A DNA stretch of 64,000 nt, from contig OZ024751.1 of assembly GCA_964016885.1 (NCBI GenBank), positions 1,798,001-1,862,000 on the forward strand, written 5' to 3'. Below the pieces are notes generated by a model. It did no database searches, was not told where the DNA came from, and saw only the letters and a list, made by a program, of their open reading frames with translations. Position 1 is the stretch's first letter. Each line of letters starts with the position of its first letter. Made by a program: the position numbers and the translations under genes. This document shows, piece by piece, positions 12,986 to 25,590 of the stretch. The stretch is from Eledone cirrhosa (lineage: Eukaryota).

Positions 12986-15900
12986 TGTTGTTATTGTTAC
13001 TGTTGTTGGTGTTGCTGGTGTTACTGTTGTTGGTGTTGTTGGTGTTACTGTTGTTGGTGTTGTTAGTGTTACTGTTGTTGGTGTTGTTAGTGTTACTGTT
13101 GTTGGTGTTGTTGGTGTTACTGTTGTTGGTGTTGTTGGTGTTACTGTTGTTGGTGTTATTAGTGTTACTGTTGTTGGTGTTGTTTGTGTTACTGTTGTTG
13201 GTGTTGTTGGTGTTACTGTTGTTGGTGTTATTGGTGTTACTGTTGTTGGTGTTGTTGGTGTTACTGTTGTTGGTGTTGTTGGTGTTACTGTTGTTGGTGT
13301 TGTTAGTGTTACTGTTGTTGGTGTTGTTGGTGTTACTGTTGTTGGTGTTACTGTTGTTGGTGTTGTTTTTGTTGGTGTTGATGGTGTTGGCGTTACTGTT
13401 GTTGGTGTTGTTGGTGTTACGGCTGTTGGTGTTGTTGGTGTTACTGTTGTTGGTGTTGTTAGTGTTACTGTTGTTGGTGTTGTTGGTGTTACTGTTGTTG
13501 GTGTTGTTGGTGTTACTGTTGTTGGTGTTGTTGGTGTTAGTGTTGTTGGTGTTGTTAGTGTTACTGTTGTTGGTGTTGTTGGTGTTACTGTTGTTGGTGT
13601 TGTTAGTGTTACTGTTGTTGGTGTTGTTAGTGTTACTGTTGTTGGTGTTATTGGTGTTACTGTTGTTGGTCTTGTTGGTGTTACTGTTGTTGGTGTTGTT
13701 GGTGTTACTGTTGTTGGTGTTGTTAGTATTAATGTTGTTGGTGTCGTTGGTGTTACTGTTGTTGGTGTTGGTGGTGTTACTGTTGTTGGTGTTGTTGGTG
13801 TTACTGTTGTTGGTGATGTTGGTGTTACTGTTGTTTGTGTTATTGGTGTTACTGTTGTTGGTGTTGTTGGTGTTGTTTGTGTTACTGTTGTTGGTGTTGT
13901 TGGTGTTACTGGTATTGGTGTTGTTGGTGTTACTGTTGTTGGTGTTGTTGGTGTTACTGTTGTTGGTGTTGTTAGTATTAATGTTGTTGGTGTCGTTGGT
14001 GTTACTGTTGTTGGTGTTGTTGGTGTTGCTGTTGTTGGTGTTGTTTGTGTTACTGTTGTTGGTGTTGTTGGTGTTACTGTTGTTGGTGTTGTTTTTGTTG
14101 GTGTTGGTGGTGTTACTGTTGTTGGAGTTGTTGGTGTTACTGCTGTTGGTGTTGTTGGTGTTACTGTTGTTGGTGTTGTTGGTGTTACTGTTGTTGGTGT
14201 TGTTTTTCTTGGTGATGGTGGTGTTACTGTTGTTGGAGCTGTTGGTGTTACTGTTGTTGGAGTTGTTGGTGTTACTGTTGTTGGTGTTGTTGGTGTTACT
14301 GTTGGTATTGTTTTTGTTGGTGTTGGTGGTGTTACTGTTGTTGGAGTTGTTGGTGTTACTGTTGTTGGTGTTGTTGGTGTTACAGTTGTTGGTGTTGTTG
14401 GTGTTACTGTTGTTGGTGTTGTTGGTGTTACTGTTGTTGGTGTTGTTGGTGTTACTGTTGTTGGTGTTGTTGGTGTTACTGTTGTTGGTGTTGGTGGTGT
14501 TACTGTTGTTGGTGTTGTTGGTGTTACTGTTATTGGTGTTACTGTTGTTGGTGTTGGTGGTGTGACTGTTGTTGTTGTTGTTGGTGTTACTGTTGTTGGT
14601 GTTGTTAGTGTTACTGTTGTTGGTGTTGTTGGTGTTACTGTTGTTGGTGTTGGTGGTGTTACTGTTGTTGGTGTTGTTTGTGTTACTGTTGTTGGTGTTG
14701 TTTGTGTTACTGTTGTTGGTGTTGGTGGTGTTACTGTTGTTGGTGTTGTTGGTGTTACTGTTGTTGGTGTTGGTGGTGTTACTGTTCTTGGTGTTGTTGG
14801 TGTTACTGTTGTTGGTGGTGTTGGTGTTGTTAGTGTTAATGTTGTTGGTGTTGTTCGTGTTACTGTTGTTGGTGTTGTTGGTGTTACTGTTGTTGGTGTT
14901 GTTGGTGTTACTGTTGTTGGTGTTATTGGAGTTACTGTTGTTGGTGTTGTTGGTGTTAATGTTGTTGGTGTTGTTAGTGTTACTGTTGTTGGTGTTGTTA
15001 GTGTTACTGTTGTTGGTTTTGTTGGTGTTACTGTTGTTGGTGTTGTTGGTGTTACTGTTGTTGGTGTTGTTAGTGTTACTGTTGTTGGTGTTGTTAGTGT
15101 TACTGTTGTTGGTGTTGTTGGTGTTACTGTTGTTGGTGTTGTTGGTGTTACTGTTGTTGGTGTTATTAGTGTTACTGTTGTTGGTGTTGTTTGTGTTACT
15201 GTTGTTGGTGTTGTTGGTGTTACTGTTGTTGGTGTTATTGGTGTTACTGATGTTGGTGTTGTTGGTGTTACTGTTGGTGGTGTTGTTGGTGTTACTGTTG
15301 TTGGTGTTGTTAGTATTAATGTTGTTGGTGTCGTTGGTGTTACTGTTGTTGGTATTGGTGGTGTTACTGTTGTTGGTGTTGTTGGAGTTACTGTTGTTGT
15401 TGTTGTTGGTGTTACTGTTGTTGGTGTTATTGGTGTTACTGTTGTTGGTGTTGTTGGTGTTGTTTGTGTTACTGTTGTTGGTGTTGTTGGTGTTACTGTT
15501 ATTGGTGTTGTTGGTGTTACTGTTGTTGGTGTTGTTGGTGTTACTGTTGTGGTGTTGTTAGTGTTACTGTTGTTGGTGTTGTTATTGTTACTGTTGTTTG
15601 TTTTGTTGGTGTTACTGTTGTTGGTGTTATTGGTGTTACTGTTGATGGTGTTGTTGGTGTTACTGTTGTTGGTGTCGTTGGTGTTACTGTTGTTGGTGTT
15701 GGTGGTGTTACTGTTGTTGGTGTTGTTGGTGTTACTGTTGTTGGTGTTGTTCGTGTTACTGTTGTTGGTGTTGGTGTTACTGTTGTTGGTGTTGTTAGTG
15801 TTACTGTTGTTGGTGTTGGTGTTGGTGTTACTGTTGTTGGTGTTGTTCATGTTACTGTTGTTGGTGTTGTTGGTGTTACTGTTGTTGGTTTTGTTGGTGT

Positions 15901-18900
15901 TACTGTTGTTGGTGTTGTCAGTGTTACTGTTGTTGGTGTTGTCAGTGTTACTGTTGTTGGTGTTGCTGGTGTTACTGTTGTTGGTGTTGTTGGTCTTACT
16001 GTTGTTGGTGATGTTGGTGTTACTGTTGTTGGTGTTGTTGGTTTTACTGTTGTTGGTGTTGTTGGTGTTACTGTTGTTGGTGTTGGTGGTGTTACTGTTG
16101 TTGGTGTTGTTGGTGTTACTGTTGTTGGTGTTGTTGGTGTTACTGTTGTTGGTGTTGTTAGTGTTACTGTTGTTGGTGTTGTTGGTGTTACTGTTGTTGG
16201 TGTTGTTGGTGTTACTGTTGTTGGTGTTGGTGGTGTTACTGTTGTTGGTGTTGGTGGTGTTACTGTTGTTGGTGTTGTTGGTGTTACTGTTGTTGGTGTT
16301 GTTGGTGTTACTGTTGTTGGTGTTGTTGGTGTTACTGTTGTTGTTGTTGTTAGTATTACTGTTGTTGGTATGGTTGGTGTTACTGTTGTTGGTGTTGTTG
16401 GTGTTACTGTTGTTGGTGTTGTTGGTGTTACTGTTGTTGGTGTTGTTGTTACTGTTGTTGGTGTTGTTGGTGTTACTGTTGTTGGTATGGTTGGTGTTAC
16501 TGTTGTTGGTGTTGTTGCTGTTACTGTTGTTGGTGTTGTTGGTGTTACTGTTGTTGGTGTTGTAAGTATTACTATTGTTGGTGTTGGTGGTGTTACTGTT
16601 GTTGGTGTTGTTGGTGTTACTGTTGTTGGTGTTGTTAGTATTACTGTTGTTGGTGTTGGTGGTGTTACTGTTGTTGGTGTTGTTAGTGTTACTGTTGTTG
16701 GTGTTGTTGGTGTTACTGTTGTTGGTGTTGGTGGTGTTACTGTTGTTGGTGTTGTTTGTGTTACTGTTGTTGGTGTTGTTTGTGTTACTGTTGTTGGTGT
16801 TGGTGGTGTTACTGTTGTTGGTGTTGTTGGTGTTACTGTTGTTGGTGTTGGTGGTGTTACTGTTGTTGGTGTTGTTGGTGTTACTGTTGTTGGTGTTGTT
16901 GGTGTTACTGTTCTTGGTGTTGTTGGTGTTACTGTTGTTGGTGGTGTTGGTGTTACTGTTGTTGGTGTTGTTAGTGTTAATGTTGTTGGTGTTGTTGGTG
17001 TTACTGTTGTTGGTGTTGTTAGTGTTACTGTTGTTGGTGTTGTTTGTGTTACTGCTTTGGTGTTGTTGGTGTTACTGTTGTTGGTGTTGTTGGTGTTACT
17101 GTTGTTGGTGTTGTTGGTGTTAGTGTTGTTGGTGTTACTGTTGTTGATGTTATTAGTGTTACTGTTGTTGGTGTTGGTGGTGTTACTGTTGTTGGTGTTG
17201 TTAGTGTTACTGTTGTTGGTGTTGTTGGTGTTACTGTTGTTGGTGTTGTTAGTGTTACTGTTGTTGGTGTTGTTGGTGTTACTGTTGTTGGTGTTGTTTG
17301 TGTTAATGTTGTTGGTGTTGTTGTTGTTACTGTTCTGGTGTTGTTGGTGTTACTGTTGTTGGTGTTGTTCTGTTACTGCTTTGGTGTTGTTGGTGTTACT
17401 GTTGTTGGTGTAGTTGGTGTTACTGTTGTTGGTGTTGTTGGTGTTAGTGTTGTTGGTGTTACTGTTGTTGATGTTATTAGTGTTACTGTTGTTGGTGTTG
17501 GTGGTGTTACTGTTGTTGGTGTTGTTGGTGTTACTGTTATTGGTGTTACTATTGTTGGTGTTGGTGGTGTGACTGTTGTTGGTGTTGTTGGTGTTACTGT
17601 TGTTGGTGTTGTTAGTGTTACTGTTGTTGGTGTTGTTAGTGTTACTGTTGTTGGTGTTGTTGGTGTTACTGTTGTTGGTGTTGTTAGTGTTACTGTTGTT
17701 GGTGTTGTTATTGTTACTGTTGTTGGTGTTATTGGTGTTACTGTTGTTGGTGTTGTTGGTGTTGTTTGTGTTACTGTTGTTGGTGTTGTTGGTGTTACTG
17801 GTATTGGTGTTGTTGGTGTTACTGTTGTTGGTGTTGTTGGTGTTACTGTTGTTGGTGTTGTTAGTATTAATGTTGTTGGTGTCGTTGGTGTTACTGTTGT
17901 TGGTGTTGTTGGTGTTGCTGTTGTTGGTGTTGTTTGTGTTACTGTTGTTGGTGTTGTTGGTGTTACTGTTGTTGGTGTTGTTTTTGTTGGTGTTGGTGGT
18001 GTTACTGTTGTTGGAGTTGTTGGTGTTACTGCTGTTGGTGTTGTTGGTGTTACTGTTGTTGGTGTTGTTGGTGTTACTGTTGTTGGTGTTGTTTTTCTTG
18101 GTGATGGTGGTGTTACTGTTGTTGGAGCTGTTGGTGTTACTGTTGTTGGAGTTGTTGGTGTTACTGTTGTTGGTGTTGTTGGTGTTACTGTTGGTATTGT
18201 TTTTGTTGGTGTTGGTGGTGTTACTGTTGTTGGAGTTGTTGGTGTTACTGTTGTTGGTGTTGTTGGTGTTACAGTTGTTGGTGTTGTTGGTGTTACTGTT
18301 GTTGGTGTTGTTGGTGTTACTGTTGTTGGTGTTGTTGGTGTTACTGTTGTTGGTGTTGTTGGTGTTACTGTTGTTGGTGTTGGTGGTGTTACTGTTGTTG
18401 GTGTTGTTGGTGTTACTGTTATTGGTGTTACTGTTGTTGGTGTTGGTGGTGTGACTGTTGTTGTTGTTGTTGGTGTTACTGTTGTTGGTGTTGTTAGTGT
18501 TACTGTTGTTGGTGTTGTTGGTGTTACTGTTGTTGGTGTTGGTGGTGTTACTGTTGTTGGTGTTGTTTGTGTTACTGTTGTTGGTGTTGTTTGTGTTACT
18601 GTTGTTGGTGTTGGTGGTGTTACTGTTGTTGGTGTTGTTGGTGTTACTGTTGTTGGTGTTGTTGGTGTTACTGTTCTTGGTGTTGTTGGTGTTACTGTTG
18701 TTGGTGGTGTTGGTGTTGTTAGTGTTAATGTTGTTGGTGTTGTTCGTGTTACTGTTGTTGGTGTTGTTGGTGTTACTGTTGTTGGTGTTGTTGGTGTTAC
18801 TGTTGTTGGTGTTATTGGAGTTACTGTTGTTGGTGTTGTTGGTGTTAATGTTGTTGGTGTTGTTAGTGTTACTGTTGTTGGTGTTGTTAGTGTTACTGTT

Positions 18901-21900
18901 GTTGGTTTTGTTGGTGTTACTGTTGTTGGTGTTGTTGGTGTTACTGTTGTTGGTGTTGTTAGTGTTACTGTTGTTGGTGTTGTTAGTGTTACTGTTGTTG
19001 GTGTTGTTGGTGTTACTGTTGTTGGTGTTGTTGGTGTTACTGTTGTTGGTGTTATTAGTGTTACTGTTGTTGGTGTTGTTTGTGTTACTGTTGTTGGTGT
19101 TGTTGGTGTTACTGTTGTTGGTGTTATTGGTGTTACTGATGTTGGTGTTGTTGGTGTTACTGTTGGTGGTGTTGTTGGTGTTACTGTTGTTGGTGTTGTT
19201 AGTATTAATGTTGTTGGTGTCGTTGGTGTTACTGTTGTTGGTATTGGTGGTGTTACTGTTGTTGGTGTTGTTGGAGTTACTGTTGTTGTTGTTGTTGGTG
19301 TTACTGTTGTTGGTGTTATTGGTGTTACTGTTGTTGGTGTTGTTGGTGTTGTTTGTGTTACTGTTGTTGGTGTTGTTGGTGTTACTGTTATTGGTGTTGT
19401 TGGTGTTACTGTTGTTGGTGTTGTTGGTGTTACTGTTGTGGTGTTGTTAGTGTTACTGTTGTTGGTGTTGTTATTGTTACTGTTGTTGGTTTTGTTGGTG
19501 TTACTGTTGTTGGTGTTATTGGTGTTACTGTTGATGGTGTTGTTGGTGTTACTGTTGTTGGTGTCGTTGGTGTTACTGTTGTTGGTGTTGGTGGTGTTAC
19601 TGTTGTTGGTGTTGTTGGTGTTACTGTTGTTGGTGTTGTTCGTGTTACTGTTGTTGGTGTTGGTGTTACTGTTGTTGGTGTTGTTAGTGTTACTGTTGTT
19701 GGTGTTGGTGTTGGTGTTACTGTTGTTGGTGTTGTTCATGTTACTGTTGTTGGTGTTGTTGGTGTTACTGTTGTTGGTTTTGTTGGTGTTACTGTTGTTG
19801 GTGTTGTCAGTGTTACTGTTGTTGGTGTTGTCAGTGTTACTGTTGTTGGTGTTGCTGGTGTTACTGTTGTTGGTGTTGTTGGTCTTACTGTTGTTGGTGA
19901 TGTTGGTGTTACTGTTGTTGGTGTTGTTGGTTTTACTGTTGTTGGTGTTGTTGGTGTTACTGTTGTTGGTGTTGGTGGTGTTACTGTTGTTGGTGTTGTT
20001 GGTGTTACTGTTGTTGGTGTTGTTGGTGTTACTGTTGTTGGTGTTGTTAGTGTTACTGTTGTTGGTGTTGTTGGTGTTACTGTTGTTGGTGTTGTTGGTG
20101 TTACTGTTGTTGGTGTTGGTGGTGTTACTGTTGTTGGTGTTGGTGGTGTTACTGTTGTTGGTGTTGTTGCTGTTACTGTTGTTGGTGTTGTTGGTGTTAC
20201 TGTTGTTGGTGTTGTAAGTATTACTATTGTTGGTGTTGGTGGTGTTACTGTTGTTGGTGTTGTTGGTGTTACTGTTGTTGGTGTTGTTAGTATTACTGTT
20301 GTTGGTGTTGGTGGTGTTACTGTTGTTGGTGTTGTTAGTGTTACTGTTGTTGGTGTTGTTGGTGTTACTGTTGTTGGTGTTGGTGGTGTTACTGTTGTTG
20401 GTGTTGTTTGTGTTACTGTTGTTGGTGTTGTTTGTGTTACTGTTGTTGGTGTTGGTGGTGTTACTGTTGTTGGTGTTGTTGGTGTTACTGTTGTTGGTGT
20501 TGGTGGTGTTACTGTTGTTGGTGTTGTTGGTGTTACTGTTGTTGGTGTTGTTGGTGTTACTGTTCTTGGTGTTGTTGGTGTTACTGTTGTTGGTGGTGTT
20601 GGTGTTACTGTTGTTGGTGTTGTTAGTGTTAATGTTGTTGGTGTTGTTGGTGTTACTGTTGTTGGTGTTGTTAGTGTTACTGTTGTTGGTGTTGTTTGTG
20701 TTACTGCTTTGGTGTTGTTGGTGTTACTGTTGTTGGTGTTGTTGGTGTTACTGTTGTTGGTGTTGTTGGTGTTAGTGTTGTTGGTGTTACTGTTGTTGAT
20801 GTTATTAATGTTACTGTTGTTGGTGTTGGTGGTGTTACTGTTGTTGGTGTTGTTAGTGTTACTGTTGTTGGTGTTGTTGGTGTTACTGTTGTTGGTGTTG
20901 TTAGTGTTACTGTTGTTGGTGTTGTTGGTGTTACTGTTGTTGGTGTTGTTTGTGTTAATGTTGTTGGTGTTGTTGTTGTTACTGTTCTGGTGTTGTTGGT
21001 GTTACTGTTGTTGGTGTTGTTCTGTTACTGCTTTGGTGTTGTTGGTGTTACTGTTGTTGGTGTAGTTGGTGTTACTGTTGTTGGTGTTGTTGGTGTTAGT
21101 GTTGTTGGTGTTACTGTTGTTGATGTTATTAGTGTTACTGTTGTTGGTGTTGGTGGTGTTACTGTTGTTGGTGTTGTTGGTGTTACTGTTATTGGTGTTA
21201 CTATTGTTGGTGTTGGTGGTGTGACTGTTGTTGGTGTTGTTGGTGTTACTGTTGTTGGTGTTGTTAGTGTTACTGTTGTTGGTGTTGTTAGTGTTACTGT
21301 TGTTGGTGTTGTTGGTGTTACTGTTGTTGGTGTTGTTAGTGTTACTGTTGTTGGTGTTGTTATTGTTACTGTTGTTGGTGTTGCTGGTATTACTGTTGTT
21401 GGTGTTGTTGGTGTTACTGTTGTTGGTGTTGTTGGTGTTACTGTTGTTGGTGTTGTTGGTGTTACTGTTGTTGGTGTTATTAGTGTTACTGTTGTTGGTG
21501 TTGTTAGTGTTACTGTTGTTGATGTTGTTGGTGTTACTGTTGTTGGTGTTGTTGGTGTTACTGTTGTTGGTGTTGTTGGTGTTACTGTTGTTGGTGTTGT
21601 TAGTGTTACTGTTGTTGGTGTTGTTAGTGTTACTGTTGTCGGTGTTGTTGGTGTTACTGTTGTTGGTGTTGTTGTTGTTACTGTTGTTGGTGTTGTTAGT
21701 GTTACTGTTGTTGGTGTTGTTAGTGTTACTGTTGTTGGTGTTGTTGGTGTTACTGTTGTTGGTGTTGTTGGTGTTACTGTTGTTGGTGTTATTAGTGTTA
21801 CTGTTGTTGGTGTTGTTTGTGTTACTGTTGTTGGTGTTGTTGGTGTTACTGTTGTTGGTGTTATTGGTGTTACTGTTGTTGGTGTTGTTGGTGTTACTGT

Positions 21901-24900
21901 TGTTGGTGTTGTTGGTGTTAGTGTTGTTGGTGTTGTTAGTGTTACTGTTGTTGGTGTTGTTGGTGTTACTGTTGTTGGTGTTACTGTTGTTGGTGTTGTT
22001 TTTGTTGGTGTTGATGGTGTTGGCGTTACTCTTGTTGGTGTTGTTGGTGTTACGGCTGTTGGTGTTGTTGGTGTTACTGTTGTTGGTGTTGTTAGTGTTA
22101 CTGTTGTTGGTGTTGTTGGTGTTACTGTTGTTGGTGTTGTTGGTGTTACTGTTGTTGGTGTTGTTGGTGTTACTGTTGTTGGTGTTGTTAGTGTTACTGT
22201 TGTTGGTGTTGTTGGTGTTACTGTTGTTGGTGTTGTTAGTGTTACTGTTGTTGGTGTTGTTAGTGTTACTGTTGTTGGTGTTATTGGTGTTACTGTTGTT
22301 GGTGTTGTTGGTGTTACTGTTGTTGGTGTTGTTGGTGTTACTGTTGTTGGTGTTGTTAGTATTAATGTTGTTGGTGTCGTTGGTGTTACTGTTGTTGGTG
22401 TTGGTGGTGTTACTGTTGTTGGTGTTGTTGGTGTTACTGTTGTTGGTGTTGTTGGTGTTACTGTTGTTTGTGTTATTGGTGTTACTGTTGTTGGTGTTGT
22501 TGGTGTTGTTTGTGTTACTGTTGTTGGTGTTGTTGGTGTTACTGGTATTGGTGTTGTTGGTGTTACTGTTGTTGGTGTTGTTGGTGTTACTGTTGTTGGT
22601 GTTGTTAGTATTAATGTTGTTGGTGTCGTTGGTGTTACTGTTGTTGGTGTTGTTGGTGTTGCTGTTGTTGGTGTTGTTTGTGTTACTGTTGTTGGTGTTG
22701 TTGGTGTTACTGTTGTTGGTGTTGTTTTTGTTGGTGTTGGTGGTGTTACTGTTGTTGGAGTTGTTGGTGTTACTGCTGTTGGTGTTGTTGGTGTTACTGT
22801 TGTTGGTGTTGTTGGTGTTACTGTTGTTGGTGTTGTTTTTCTTGGTGATGGTGGTGTTACTGTTGTTGGAGCTGTTGGTGTTACTGTTGTTGGAGTTGTT
22901 GGTGTTACTGTTGTTGGTGTTGTTGGTGTTAGTGTTGGTATTGTTTTTGTTGGTGTTGGTGGTGTTACTGTTGTTGGAGTTGTTGGTGTTACTGTTGTTG
23001 GTGTTGTTGGTGTTACAGTTGTTGGTGTTGTTGGTGTTACTGTTGTTGGTGTTGTTGGTGTTACTGTTGTTGGTGTTGTTGGTGTTACTGTTGTTGGTGT
23101 TGTTGGTGTTACTGTTGTTGGTGTTATTGGAGTTACTGTTGTTGGTGTTGTTGGTGTTAATGTTGTTGGTGTTGTTAGTGTTACTGTTGTTGGTGTTGTT
23201 AGTGTTACTGTTGTTGGTTTTGTTGGTGTTACTGTTGTTGGTGTTGTTGGTGTTACTGTTGTTGGTGTTGTTAGTGTTACTGTTGTTGGTGTTGTTAGTG
23301 TTACTGTTGTTGGTGTTGTTGGTGTTACTGTTGTTGGTGTTGTTGGTGTTACTGTTGTTGGTGTTATTAGTGTTACTGTTGTTGGTGTTGTTTGTGTTAC
23401 TGTTGTTGGTGTTGTTGGTGTTACTGTTGTTGGTGTTATTGGTGTTACTGATGTTGGTGTTGTTGGTGTTACTGTTGGTGGTGTTGTTGGTGTTACTGTT
23501 GTTGGTGTTGTTAGTATTAATGTTGTTGGTGTCGTTGGTGTTACTGTTGTTGGTATTGGTGGTGTTACTGTTGTTGGTGTTGTTGGAGTTACTGTTGTTG
23601 TTGTTGTTGTTGGTGTTACTGTTGTTGGTGTTATTGGTGTTACTGTTGTTGGTGTTGTTGGTGTTGTTTGTGTTACTGTTGTTGGTGTTGTTGGTGTTAC
23701 TGTTATTGGTGTTGTTGGTGTTACTGTTGTTGGTGTTGTTGGTGTTACTGTTGTGGTGTTGTTAGTGTTACTGTTGTTGGTGTTGTTATTGTTACTGTTG
23801 TTGGTTTTGTTGGTGTTACTGTTGTTGGTGTTATTGGTGTTACTGTTGATGGTGTTGTTGGTGTTACTGTTGTTGGTGTCGTTGGTGTTACTGTTGTTGG
23901 TGTTGGTGGTGTTACTGTTGTTGGTGTTGTTGGTGTTACTGTTGTTGGTGTTGTTCGTGTTACTGTTGTTGGTGTTGGTGTTACTGTTGTTGGTGTTGTT
24001 AGTGTTACTGTTGTTGGTGTTGGTGTTGGTGTTACTGTTGTTGGTGTTGTTCATGTTACTGTTGTTGGTGTTGTTGGTGTTACTGTTGTTGGTTTTGTTG
24101 GTGTTACTGTTGTTGGTGTTGTCAGTGTTACTGTTGTTGGTGTTGTCAGTGTTACTGTTGTTGGTGTTGTTGGTGTTACTGTTGTTGGTGTTGTTGGTCT
24201 TACTGTTGTTGGTGATGTTGGTGTTACTGTTGTTGGTGTTGTTGGTTTTACTGTTGTTGGTGTTGTTGGTGTTACTGTTGTTGGTGTTGGTGGTGTTACT
24301 GTTGTTGGTGTTGTTGGTGTTACTGTTGTTGGTGTTGTTGGTGTTACTGTTGTTGGTGTTGTTAGTGTTACTGTTGTTGGTGTTGTTGGTGTTACTGTTG
24401 TTGGTGTTGTTGGTGTTACTGTTGTTGGTGTTGGTGGTGTTACTGTTGTTGGTGTTGGTGGTGTTACTGTTGTTGGTGTTGTTGGTGTTACTGTTGTTGG
24501 TGTTGTTGGTGTTACTGTTGTTGGTGTTGTTGGTGTTACTGTTGTTGGTGTTGTTAGTATTACTGTTGTTGGTATGGTTGGTGTTACTGTTGTTGGTGTT
24601 GTTGGTGTTACTGTTGTTGGTGTTGTTGGTGTTACTGTTGTTGGTGTTGTTGTTGTTACTGTTGTTGGTGTTGTTGGTGTTACTGTTGTTGGTATGGTTG
24701 GTGTTACTGTTGTTGGTGTTGTTGCTGTTACTGTTGTTGGTGTTGTTGGTGTTACTGTTGTTGGTGTTGTAAGTATTACTATTGTTGGTGTTGGTGGTGT
24801 TACTGTTGTTGGTGTTGTTGGTGTTACTGTTGTTGGTGTTGTTAGTATTACTGTTGTTGGTGTTGGTGGTGTTACTGTTGTTGGTGTTGTTAGTGTTACT

Positions 24901-25590
24901 GTTGTTGGTGTTGTTGGTGTTACTGTTGTTGGTGTTGGTGGTGTTACTGTTGTTGGTGTTGTTTGTGTTACTGTTGTTGGTGTTGTTTGTGTTACTGTTG
25001 TTGGTGTTGGTGGTGTTACTGTTGTTGGTGTTGTTGGTGTTACTGTTGTTGGTGTTGGTGGTGTTACTGTTGTTGGTGTTGTTGGTGTTACTGTTGTTGG
25101 TGTTGTTGGTGTTACTGTTCTTGGTGTTGTTGGTGTTACTGTTGTTGGTGGTGTTGGTGTTACTGTTGTTGGTGTTGTTAGTGTTAATGTTGTTGGTGTT
25201 GTTGGTGTTACTGTTGTTGGTGTTGTTAGTGTTACTGTTGTTGGTGTTGTTTGTGTTACTGCTTTGGTGTTGTTGGTGTTACTGTTGTTGGTGTTGTTGG
25301 TGTTACTGTTGTTGGTGTTGTTGGTGTTAGTGTTGTTGGTGTTACTGTTGTTGATGTTATTAGTGTTACTGTTGTTGGTGTTGGTGGTGTTACTGTTGTT
25401 GGTGTTGTTAGTGTTACTGTTGTTGGTGTTGTTGGTGTTACTGTTGTTGGTGTTGTTAGTGTTACTGTTGTTGGTGTTGTTGGTGTTACTGTTGTTGGTG
25501 TTGTTTGTGTTAATGTTGTTGGTGTTGTTGTTGTTACTGTTCTGGTGTTGTTGGTGTTACTGTTGTTGGTGTTGTTCTGTTACTGCTTTG
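12337..25590. repeat. Left-arm HOR family, units of about 3.65-4.7 kb delimited by the GCTTTGGT marker and the triple-deletion cassette
   Basis: GCTTTGGT at 12337, 17054, 20706 and 25261 (spacings 4717, 3652, 4555). Each unit carries one GTTCATGTT, one GTTGTAAGT and one GTTGTGGT marker. The 182-aa ORFs at 16575, 20227 and 24782 are identical. Confidence 0.9.

Noticed and set aside
8068-24774. Perfect splice-donor hexamer GTAAGT at 8068, 16562, 20214 and 24769
   Set aside because: It is a single T>A change in the common GTTAGTATT variant, copied by HOR duplication and absent from the homologous unit near 11775. I see no convincing acceptor or exon partner.
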